Origin: Anthoceros angustus
Taxonomy: Eukaryota; Plantae; Anthocerotophyta
Assembly: GCA_010909165.1 (NCBI GenBank)
Contig: MU008185.1
Coordinates: forward strand, 186,001 to 250,000
DNA length: 64,000 bases
Direction: 5' to 3'
Below the pieces are notes generated by a model, which searched no databases, had not been told where the DNA came from, and saw only the letters and a list, made by a program, of their open reading frames with translations. The translations under genes and the position numbers were made by a program. Below, piece after piece: positions 1 through 10,680 of the stretch (its first letter is position 1; every line of letters starts with the position of its first letter).

Positions 1-284
1 TCACTCCGCCTCCCGAGCACGGGGCAAGAGCACACACGGAGCCAAGATGGTACCCGGATAGTCTGCCGTCTTGGACGCCAGCCTTCCTATATACTCCCAT
101 ACCCTAACCTAACCCGCCTATGTATGTATCCTATAACCCGCTATGTATGTACCCCAACCTGGTCGGGTAATCACGGACGTAGCTCATCACCGCTACGGAC
201 TTCTTGCACCAAAACCGCTTCCCGCCAAACAAGAGATCCATGCGATGCCCACCAACCAAAACCACTGGACCACTCATGGGCCTC

Positions 285-750
285 GGCCTCCTGACCACCC
301 GCTGACCTCCCGGACCTGACCCAATCTGGCCGACCGCCCGGACGACAATCACTCTGGACCGCCTTGACCACACCGGACCTCCCCGGACGGACCACCGCCT
401 GACCGCCTCGCCGGACGGACCACCACGGACCTGCCCGGACGTGACCACTCCGCCTGACCTCCGCCTCGACGGACCATCTGGCCTGGACCGGACGACGGAC
501 CACTGCCTGACCGCCTCGACCACCACGGACCGACTCCCGACCCGACTGACCCCGCCTGACCGCCTCGACGGACCAATCGCCGGACCGCCCGGACGACCAC
601 CCGGACCGCCCGACGGACCACTCGACCCCGCCCCACGACCACTCCGGATCTCCCGGACGACCACTCTGACCTGGACCCCGCCTGACTGACCACCCGCCTC
701 GGACCGACCACCCGGACGGACTAATCCTGGCCTGACGCCTCCCCGGACTT
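285..750. repeat. Degenerate GGACC/GGACGGACCAC short tandem array (other copies ~2355-2610, 5900-6375 rc, 16965-17375, 22680-23005)
   Basis: Dense ccggacggaccac-like units of about 12-14 nt; these generate the spurious G/R/V/S-rich ORFs in the track. Confidence 0.9.
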
Positions 751-1659
751 AGGGTCTAGGGATTGCACATGCAATCCGCCAAAATGGCCTTTTATTGCTA
801 ACCCTCCCTATCCCTCTTAACAAAGAACGACCCAAAAACAAAACAAGCAAGACAAGTCGCCAGAGTACTGACATCTGATTTGGCACCCACATACTCCCTC
901 TTCTCATCCGCTGGCGGCCTCAACACCCTGCAATACTCCGCTCCGTCCTCCCTTCTCACTTTTACTACTCCTCGTGTCGGTGGTCAACATTGGCATCCTT
1001 TTTACCAAGAGTCCTCCTCCGCTGAGGATGAGTCGCCTCCTCCTCCGAGGTTGATGTGCCGCCCTCCTCAGCCGCCTGCGCCCATCTTCTTTCTCCTTGA
1101 GCATGCCCTCCCGCCAGATTCGCACCTGTCCGTCCCCGTGGCATCCTCCCGACTTATATATACTCCAAACCGCCCACCATTACACCCATCCACAACCGCA
1201 ACTGGCAACCCCTACTCCTACCTACTAACTGTGCCCACAACAATACCATTTAACGGCGCTTAAAATGTGGCGCGACTTTGGCCGACACCGGCGCATAATC
1301 CCGGTCGCTGTAGGAAGGAGTCCGTCTCCCAAGGAATGGTCTCGTGCTTATTCTCCAGCCCATCGCCCAACGGACTTCATCAGTGTGGGTCCCTGGCTCC
1401 ACAACCCTAAGTGTGCCTCCACAACTCGTGGACTGTGCACCCACCGGACCTTCCCACAAACCCCGCCTGATTTCTCCAAGATTACGAATGTTTAACGACA
1501 CGCTCCTTCACCACACTCTAGCGCCCAGCCTCAACTCGTCCGCCACAACTCCACCTCAACACACACGCCTGTAATACCCTCCTTCTCCTTATCCATTCCC
1601 CTAGTAGTCACAACACCAACACGCCGATGTATTCACACCAAAGCCGCTTTTGCCCCTTC

Positions 1660-1950
1660 CTACCGCCCACGCTCATGGAGAAGTGGCACAACCCCAGAAC
1701 CCCACCTGCTCCAGCCCTCCAAGGATGGCTTCCGCCCAAACAGTCACCCCAAGCGCCCTAATCCCCTCCTACCGCTCACGCTCATGGAGAAGTGGCTCAC
1801 CGCATCCCCATGCCTCCGCTCCAGCAGCCTCCAAGGATGGCTTCCGCCCAGCAGTCACCCCAAGCGCCTCCTAATCCCCTCCTACCACGCTCATGGAGAG
1901 TGGCTTCACTGCATCCCCACAGCCTCCGCTCCAGCCTCCAAGGTTAGTCT
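1660..1950. repeat. ~100-120 bp minisatellite, about 3 units (copies ~6800-7100 rc, 16310-16570, 18300-18590)
   Basis: Recurring ctcatggagaagtgg...cctccaaggatggcttccgccc...gtcaccccaagcgcc unit at ~1671, 1790 and 1889. Confidence 0.85.
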
Positions 1951-2609
1951 CGCACCCGAGAAATCACCCGCGAGCACCTCCTCGAGCTCAGTCCGACCCC
2001 TGGCCCCGCACTCCATCAAGCGGTTACGGAGCTCGTCACCGAGCTCTAAACACATCCTCTACCACCACCAATCCACGGTGACGCAGAACTCACTCCTCGA
2101 GCACTAAGGCAAGAGCACACGGAGCGCCAAGATGGTACCCGGATAGTCCGCCGCCTTGACGCCAGCCTTCCTATATACTCCCATACCCCAACCTAACCCG
2201 CCTATGTATGTATCCTAACCGCTATGTATGTACTCCTAACCCCGGTCGTGGTAACCGCCGGACGAGCTCATCACCGGACTTCTTGCACCACCGCCCCGCC
2301 AAACAAGAGATCCATGCCAGCGATGCCCACCAAACTAAACCACCCGCCTGCACTCACCTGGGCCGGACCGCCTCGGGACTGACCACTCACGGACCTCAAG
2401 GACCCGGACCCGACCGCCGAAAGCCGGACCGCCCGGACGGACCACCCGGGACTGCCGGACGGCGACCACTCCGCTCTGACCGCCCGGGACCACTGGCCTT
2501 GACCGCCGGACCGGACCAATGCCGGACCGCCCGACGGACCACCTGGCCGTGACCACTCGGACCACCTGCCGGACCTCGCCCGGACGGGACCTACCGCCTC
2601 ACGACGGAC

Positions 2610-4290
2610 TCCTTCGGATGCGGAGGAAGAGCTTACATTTCAACCGCATCAGACCTTCACGATTCAGGCAAGGTATGTATCGTGAAAAGATAGTCGAAGG
2701 CACAAGTTGTTTCATTGAGTGCCGGAGGTTGCGGCGACAGTGAACTTTTGGAAGATGGGCGGCAAAGCGTTGGATGATGTGGCGACTGCCTCCACGGTGG
2801 GCGACCCAAGTGTGATGTGAGCGAAGGCGAGGCCTTGGAGAAAAATGGCGAATTTGAAGGCGGCGAAGTAGGCGTAGAAACCTAGCGGTTGTCTTAGACT
2901 TGACGGGGCAGGGGATGGGCAGTCAGCAGTTGAGTCCTCCCAATGATCCATTGTAGACGTCTTATATTTCGTCTGACGGTACTAAACGATAAGTTTTGTG
3001 GTCGGATAGAGGTATACAGTTCAAGAATGGCCACTCGCATAGTTAGCAGGAAAAAAAACGTCTTGAAGTGGCGGAAATTTAATTTCCTTCCTACATTATG
3101 GACCATTGCTTTGACGAGGTGTGGAGTGATTTTCTAAACCAAGTGGTCACAAAGAGGCCACATTTACCCTCTTTATCGTTGTAGACTTGAGATTCGTACC
3201 CAAGGGAGTGATTTCGTGTCAAGACAACCAAAACATAGCCAATCCAACCAAACAGACACCAAACATCTAGCGATTCTGAGACCGGGCTACTACCCTAACA
3301 ACACTCGGACATGGCTATCTTAGCCACGACCTGTTGCTACCTTAGCAGACGGACCCGGTTGCTATCTTAGCAACCACCCTCTATTTTAGCAGTGGGGTCC
3401 ACCTTGGGATCAGTCTGGCTATTAATAGAAGGTGGGACCCACTTGGGGATCCAAGTGGATAAGGTTGGACACCCTCTCTCTTATCTATCCACAAAGTTAG
3501 ATCCACCAATCGAGTTAGCCACGTGTCACCTTTTCCACACACTATTTATGGACAACCTAAGCGGCCCTAACCCTAATCTCTAAACCTAAACCTAGGACAA
3601 CTCACGGCATAAAGGGTTGCAGCTCACACAACTACCCCTTTCTCTTGCAAGACTTCTTGAGACTTCCTTGTCTCTCCTCCTCTTCAGCTCACCTTCCAAG
3701 CTCCATACAGACCTCTCCAGCTCTCACAGCCCCTTGAGGTGCCTCTCGATCCTCCCCACACTCTCCAAGTCTCCCAGCAACTCTCTTCAACTCTCCTTGT
3801 TCTCACACCTCACGCCCCATTCAATCTCCACTTTCACTCACACCTCTCCGGTCCTTACAAGGTTCTCATCCAGGCCCTTACAGCACTTCACCAACTCTCA
3901 AAATACTTGTTCAGCTACCTCCATAATCCGTCATCTCATCCACTCACGGGATCTTCAACCTCCACTCACGGCTCTCTCTTGCAACACAAACATCACTTAC
4001 AGACTTCTCAGTCCTTCTTACTCCTCTCAAACAGCCAATCAGCAACTCTCCATGTCCGGCATTCTCCACTTCTCTCACAGTTCACTTTTCCTCTCATTTT
4101 CCAAACACACAAGCCCACGGGCCTCCAACTCACTTGACTTTCCTTGACTTCTCCTCCACACACAGGCTCCCCTTGTCTTCTCCTCACACGGGCTCCCGCC
4201 CTCTCTTCTCCCGAAACACCCGACCTCCAACACACAAAACTCAAAACACAAGGTGAGTACTAGACTAGGCTGAAGGGAATGAGGAAGAGT
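2610..4290. repeat. Segment repeated in inverted orientation at ~19020-20640
   Basis: aaaactcaaaacacaaggtgagtactagactag (~4235) versus its reverse complement at ~19035; gaagagcttacatttcaaccgcatc (~2625) versus its reverse complement at ~20610. Confidence 0.9.
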
Positions 4291-7288
4291 GGACAGCCTC
4301 CCGGCTTCACAACCCCTTCCTCTTGACCTTGGAAACTCCCTCCAAGGAGACCTCAAGGCTCCCTCCCTTGCTTTCCACCACCCTTGCGGATCACGGATCT
4401 AGGCAACAGTGGTCTTCTTGGCTTCTCCTGTGACAAAGCGTGTCTAGACTTATTGGATCGGTACCCCCAAACCCCGTGCTCATTTAAACACCAAGACCTT
4501 AAACCAACATTGCTTACATTTCATCAAGAGGGCTCTTATACCCAAGATCAGCCCACAAAGTAGCTTGCCAAAAATACCAATCGGTCTTAGCCTACCAGTC
4601 CTAGAGGCCTATCTCTCTTACATCCACTAAGAGAAGATAAGATTCTGATCTATCTATAGCACATGGGCCTGACTATTTCGGTCACTTACCCCTATTATCT
4701 CTCCTAGGCCTCCTAGCCCCATGCTCTCCTCTTGCTCTCCTCCCTCTTGGTGGTTGGGCAAACTCTCCCAAAATCTCCACCTCCTCTGGACTCCTCCTCT
4801 CTTGTGCTCGCAACATAGCACAGTACTCCTCCTCGGTGAGCTCTTGAATCCTGGATGGGTCGGTGAAAGTCTCCTCCATGAGCGTGAGCGGTAGGAGGGA
4901 TTAGGGCGCTTGGGGTGACTGTTTGGGCGGAAGCCATCCTTGGAGGGCTGGAGCAGGTGGGGTTCTGGGGTTGTGCCACTTCTCCATGAGCGTGGGCGGT
5001 AGGAAGGGGCAAAAGCGGCTTTGGTGTGAATACATCGGCGTGTTGGTGTTGTGACTACTAGGGGAATGGATAAGGGAGAAGGAGGGTATTACAGGCGTGT
5101 GTGTTGAGGTGGAGTTGTGGCGGACGAGTTGAGGCTGGGCGCTAGAGTGTGGTGAAGGAGCGTGTCGTTAAACATTCGTAATCTTGGAGAAATCAGGCGG
5201 GGTTTGTGGGAAGGTCCGGTGGGTGCACAGTCCACGAGTTGTGGAGGGCACACTTAGGGTTGTGGAGCCAGGGACCCACACTGATGAAGTCCGTTGGGCG
5301 ATGGGCTGGAGAATAAGCACGAGACCATTCCTTGGGAGACGGACTCCTTCCTACAGCGACCGGGATTATGCGCCGGTGTCGGCCAAAGTCGCGCCACATT
5401 TTAAGCGCCGTTAAATGGTATTGTTGTGGGCACAGTTAGTAGGTAGGAGTAGGGGTTGCCAGTTGCGGTTGTGGATGGGTGTAATGGTGGGCGGTTTGGA
5501 GTATATATAAGTCGGGAGGATGCCACGGGGACGGACAGGTGCGAATCTGGCGGGAGGGCATGCTCAAGGAGAAAGAAGATGGGCGCAGGCGGCTGAGGGA
5601 GGGCGGCACATCAACCTCGGAGGAGGACTCATCCTCAGCGGAGGAGGACTCTTGGTAAGGATGCAGTATTCTTTGAGGGAGGTAGTAAAAGTGAGAAGGG
5701 GAGGACGGAGCGGAGTATTGCAGGGTGTTGAGGCCGCCCAGCGGATGAGAAGAGGGAGTATGTGGGTGCCAAATCAGATGTCAGTACTCTGGCGACTTGT
5801 CTTGCTTGTTTTGTTTTGGGTCGTTCTTTGTTAAGAGGGATAGGGAGGGTTAGCAATAAAAGGCCATTTTGGCGGATTGCATGTGCAATCCCTAGACCCT
5901 AAGTCCGGGGAGGCGTCAGGCCAGGATTAGTCCGTCCGGGTGGTCGGTCCGAGGCGGGTGGTCAGTCAGGCGGGGTCCAGGTCAGAGTGGTCGTCCGGGA
6001 GATCCGGAGTGGTCGTGGGGCGGGGTCGAGTGGTCCGTCGGGCGGTCCGGGTGGTCGTCCGGGCGGTCCGGCGATTGGTCCGTCGAGGCGGGTCAGGCGG
6101 GGTCAGTCGGGTCGGGAGTCGGTCCGTGGTGGTCGAGGCGGTCAGGCAGTGGTCCCGTCGTCCGGTCCAGGCCAGATGGTCCGTCGAGGCGGAGGTCAGG
6201 CGGAGTGGTCACGTCCGGGCAGGTCCGTGGTGGTCCCGTCCGGCGAGGCGGTCAGGCGGTGGTCCGTCCGGGGAGGTCCGGTGTGGTCAAGGCGGTCCAG
6301 AGTGATTGTCGTCCGGGCGGTCGGCCAGATTGGGTCAGGTCCGGGAGGTCAGCGGGTGGTCAGGAGGCCGAGGCCCATGAGTGGTCCAGTGGTTTGGTTG
6401 GTGGGCATCGCATGGATCTCTTGTTTGGCGGGAAGCGGTTTGGTGCAAGAAGTCCGTAGCGGTGATGAGCTACGTCCGTGATTACCCGACCAGGTTGGGG
6501 TACATACATAGCGGGTTATAGGATACATACATAGGCGGGTTAGGTTAGGGTATGGGAGTATATAGGAAGGCTGGCGTCCAAGACGGCAGACTATCCGGGT
6601 ACCATCTTGGCTCCGTGTGTGCTCTTGCCCCGTGCTCGGGAGGCGGAGTGAGTTCTGCGTCCACCACGAGGATTAATTGGTGGTAGAGGGATGTGTTTAG
6701 AGCTCACGGTGACGAGCTCCGCCAACACGCTTGATGGGTGCGGACGGGGTCGGGACTGAGCTCGGGGAGGTGCTCGGTGATTTCGGGTCGAGACTAACCT
6801 TGGAGGCTGTGGAGCGGAGGCGTGGGGATGCGAGTGCACCCGCCTCATGCAGAGCGTGGCGGCCGGGAGGATTAGAGGCGCTTGGGGTGACTTTCTTGGG
6901 CGGAAGCCATCCTTGGAGGCTCTTTGGAGCAGGAGGCATTTGTGGGATGCACGGTGCTGACCACTTCTCCATGAGCAGTAAGCGGCCGGAGGATTGAGGC
7001 GCTTAGGGGTGACTTCTGTGGGCGGAAGCCATCCTTGGAGGAGGCTGGAGCAGGAGGTGTGGGGATCTGATGCGGCTACTTCTCCATGAGCAGTGAAAGC
7101 GGTAGGAAGGGCAAAGGCGGCTTGTGAATACACCAGCGTGTTGGTGTTGTGACTACTAGGGAATGGATAAGGAGAAGGGTCGAGTTACGGCGTGTGTGTG
7201 TTGAGGTGGAGTTGTGGCGGACGAGTTGAGGGCGTAGCTAGAGTCACGTGGTGGCGAAGGAGCGTCGTTAAACTTTATTCCGGTAGTC

Positions 7289-9560
7289 TTGGAGAAATCA
7301 GGAGGCGGGGTTTGTGGGAAGGTCCGTTGGTGGCGCTGGTCCAAAGGAGTTGAGGAGGCACACTTGGGGTTCGTGAGCCGGGATAACGATGAAGTCCGTT
7401 CGGGCGATATAAACTCGAGCGAGAATAAGCACTGGACATTCCTTGAGACGGACTCCTTCCTACAACGACACGGGATTATGCGCGCGCCCGGTCATCATCG
7501 GTACGCCACATCTCATGGGAGCGACTCTTATGCTGACTGGCCGCTGAAGGAGCTTTAAAGAGTGTATCGCTTTGGGCACAAGAGGTATGAGGAGCCTAAA
7601 GGCGTAGTCTTTTGGAATCCCCTTGGGATGGTTTTCGGACCAAACCCGAGAGCACAATCTACTTATCGCTTGATGCCATTTCTTGGATGGACAATGCTTT
7701 TATGTTTATGGCGGCGGCTTCCTAATTTGGAAGTATTTAATCTACCCGGCGTATACAAAGTTGGAAATATGGCGTTGTACAAGCGTCGGTCACAGCTGCT
7801 CATACGCTATGTGAAGTATCCATGGTTCTTAAAAGCGTGGAAGCAACTTCCCCGGTAAAATCCAGTCAACAGTTTTCAACATGCTTTCTTGAGCTGAAGA
7901 GCACTATCGCTAAATACAAAGCACAAGCAAGATCAAGGTAAATTGCACCGATGTTTCTTTCATGTGCTTGTTCCTCGTTGTTGAATGCCTTGCCTATCAT
8001 CGCTTGGATGTACCCTTCTTGTCTTCTTACATCATGATCGATTCATGTGTAGCACAATGATGCTTCCAACCCTCTGGGCGGGTTGGTGGCCGTGGCCGCC
8101 GGGGCAGCCTCCCGGTTGGGCGCCGGCGGCTGGCGCCTGCAGCACTCTGTTATGATGATTCGGAGGGCCTCCCAAATCATCGTCGTGGCGAAGGCCGGCC
8201 CCTTCCCCCATTTGCATTGCATGAATGTTTGTAGGCGTCTTGCAGCTTTTGTATAGGTTGGATGGTTCTCTGCAAAGTCGAGCGGGATGGTGATGATGGG
8301 GTCTTTTTCTTGATGATGTTCGTTTTGGCACGAAATACCGGGTTGCCTTGAAGCACATCGTGTGCGGCTCCACCGAGCAGCGGAAAATGGCTAAACACGG
8401 GAGCAAGAGCTATGTGGAGCCACATAAGTATATCTGCTATCAATTGATGGAATGGACCAAAAAGGCAGAGATACCTCATCTTCTCCGGTGGCGAAAAACC
8501 TCGTAGAGGGTTATTCGATCCACGTGGTTGGGTGCATGATTCACAACTATCGCTTAAAAGCTAGAGCCTATTTGCATTATGCGAATCTGGAGCAGCGAAT
8601 CTTCGATCACCATTATTCGAGGACGTTATACATAACTACGAGGGTGTCACGCCAAGAGTTTTGTACTTGCGGTTGGACAACACATGCGGGGAGAATAAGA
8701 ACCGGCTGCTTTTGCTCCGAACATGCTTGTTGATATGGGTACTTTTGAAAAAGTGAAAGTGGGATTCCTTTTGGTCGGACATACTCATGATCAAATCGAC
8801 GGATGTTTTCTTGCTTCTCCAAAAGCTTGAAACATAAAGCTCACCGCTTCCGCATTGTCGAGAGATCACGGTGCAGCGTACACGCCTAGACGAGGTCAAG
8901 GTATTGGTAGTGGCCGACTTCCGTCATATGTGGCCCATTACACAAGGCCGGAGAGGACTCGATTATGGGCGGCGGTTAAGAGAACAACCTATCGTTCGGC
9001 AGTTCAAAATAACACGTGAAAAAGCGGCCGTGGGTTTGTGGCGATGATCGAGCAGGTTCGACCTCGCCTCGATTAGAGGCGAAGGGGTTTGGAGTTTTGA
9101 AATTCGTGCCTTGGACACTATAATTTGCGCCCTTGGCACTGCGGTCGAGGGATAAAAAAGCCACATGATATTATCTCCAAGCTGCGGTAGTTGCTCATCT
9201 AAAGGCTGGGTCTTGCGAACTTAGGCCGTATGTGACATCAGGAGTTTTATGGTGGGAAGCTTTACGGGTGGACGAGGAGGAGATTCTTATTGTGGAAAAC
9301 AACATTGGCCTTGTGCTACACAAACCTTGGAGGTGGTACGATCTGAAGTGCAAGGCCTGACCCAACCTCTGCATGTTCGGATGAAGCACTTCTTTGGAGG
9401 GCATTCTTGAGGCTCCACAGCGAGATATGTATTTGGGAGCATACCAAAATCTGGGGAGGCAACAACGAAATGTCACGGTTGAATGGTGATATCGAAATAA
9501 AGCGGGAATGTTAGTTCTGCGGTTCCGGCACCGACCGCAAAATAGGCCCTTTTTGGATTG
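7289..9560 (+). mobile_element. Frameshifted DDD/E transposase, Sola-like motif set
   Basis: IDGMDQK (8443-8463), LYLRLDNTCGENKN (core 8673-8702), VGFLLVGHTHDQIDGCF (core 8777-8800), N-terminal RLPN..NLP....W..LP..QQFSTC and C-terminal GMLV...RPFWIGKV. Superfamily assignment is from remembered motifs, not an HMM. Confidence 0.75.
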
Positions 9561-9639
9561 TGTTGAACTATGCACGAGTTCATTATCGGATGGCGGTAGG
9601 GAAGGCGGGAGGCGGCTGAGGCCCGAGGAAGAATATCCA

Positions 9640-10680
9640 ACAAGTTTTGTTCACCAAAGCAGTCATCCTCTATTATGGGTTCACTGTCTTGAAACATTTG
9701 TATTTGTGGATAAGAAGGCCATAAAAGATAAGTTAATTGAATTGCGAGGTTTATTCAACCAGCGAGTCAAAGTGCAACGAGGGGCCGTGAAGAGGATGGT
9801 CGGGATCTGGGGCCAGAAGATGAAGGCGTGGAGTCGGGCGAAGAGTAGGAAACACTCGAATGATCATCATTTTCGCAATTGATGAGGTTGTCGTCATGCT
9901 CTATTCACATGTAGTTTGCGTGCACAATGTATGCGTGCACATTTCGAATAGTATATGCGCCCATGCATAGGCTTTTGGTTGTGGCTATCCTCTATGAGAA
10001 GTTGTAGACTGTCATAGATATTATCTTCCATTTTCAAGAGTTTGTGCTTACCATAGAGAAGGACACGTGGGATGTGGCCCGGGGCCGACATCGGCATTGC
10101 GGCATAATGTAAGGCATCATCGTTGAGCGGGCGGGCATGTTCCTCATGCGTCATGGCGGGAACTAGTTTCTAAGTTCATTTGCGGTCGGGGGCTGGGCAG
10201 TCAATATATTTGCGACCACAATTGAGGCATGCGGAAGCCATCCCCACCCCAATCCAAGTCTTTTCAAACCAAATCCGAGTTAAGGCACTGCAACTCCGCC
10301 ATTCGCAAGGATCATCGGCATGGCGGGGAAGGGCGCCGGCCGGCGTCCTTCCTCAAACACCTTTCATACCACGCCCGGTAGTCTGTCCTCAAAGTTTCAT
10401 CACCCTTCTTTTTGTAGATTTCATTTTTTCCTCCACGGAAAAGAGAAACTGGCGGCAATGGCCTTTGTCATGGGTCTTAAATGCGGACCAATTGAGGTAA
10501 CTCTAACACCATAACCCTTCGTTGAATGGATCTTCTATCAACTTTGGTTCATGCGATTTGTCACCCTTCTTTTACTGTAATTGACCCCAAAAAGTGGGAG
10601 TTCAATGCCCATGTGAAACCCCTTGAGGAGGATATATGTCACAAAACCCTCTTCGTGAATATTCACCTTGAAGATATCAT
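9640..10680 (+). pseudogene. 5' part of beta-class DNA methyltransferase-like gene MTase-2 (inverted copy ~12650-13700)
   Basis: KLIELRGL (ORF 9508) resembles GLIDLKGM of the 27 kb paralog; VDFIF-PPR motif-IV-like at 10414-10438; same sequence as rc 20905-21960, which continues into SAM-binding motifs. Confidence 0.5.

Larger units (their letters stand above)
1..6651. repeat. Inverted repeat pair: 1-~1790 versus ~4872-6651
   Basis: 1-210 is the reverse complement of ~6440-6651, 751-790 of 5861-5900, and 1680-1790 of 4872-4980; coordinate sums stay near 6650-6660. Confidence 0.95.

Noticed and set aside
131-711. Long G/R/V/S-rich ORFs (also 5940-6481 and 16891-17370)
   Set aside because: By-products of the stop-poor GGACC arrays; no domain signal.
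285-750. CRISPR-like appearance of the repeat arrays
   Set aside because: No constant repeat with unique spacers, no cas genes, eukaryotic context.
3565-3594. Telomere-like ccctaa/cctaaa units (rc ~19690-19720)
   Set aside because: Only 4-5 degenerate units; too short to call an interstitial telomere.
3200-4500. CT-rich leader-like region, and 11020-11700 with the MEETFTDP ORF, as an LTR retrotransposon 5' end
   Set aside because: Plausible, but no PBS, TG...CA pair or gag/pol motif could be found.
9440-9470. GGNN as a second ParB motif
   Set aside because: The alternative frame (YVFGSIPKSGRQQQEM...GMLV) is continuous with the transposase C-terminal block in all copies.
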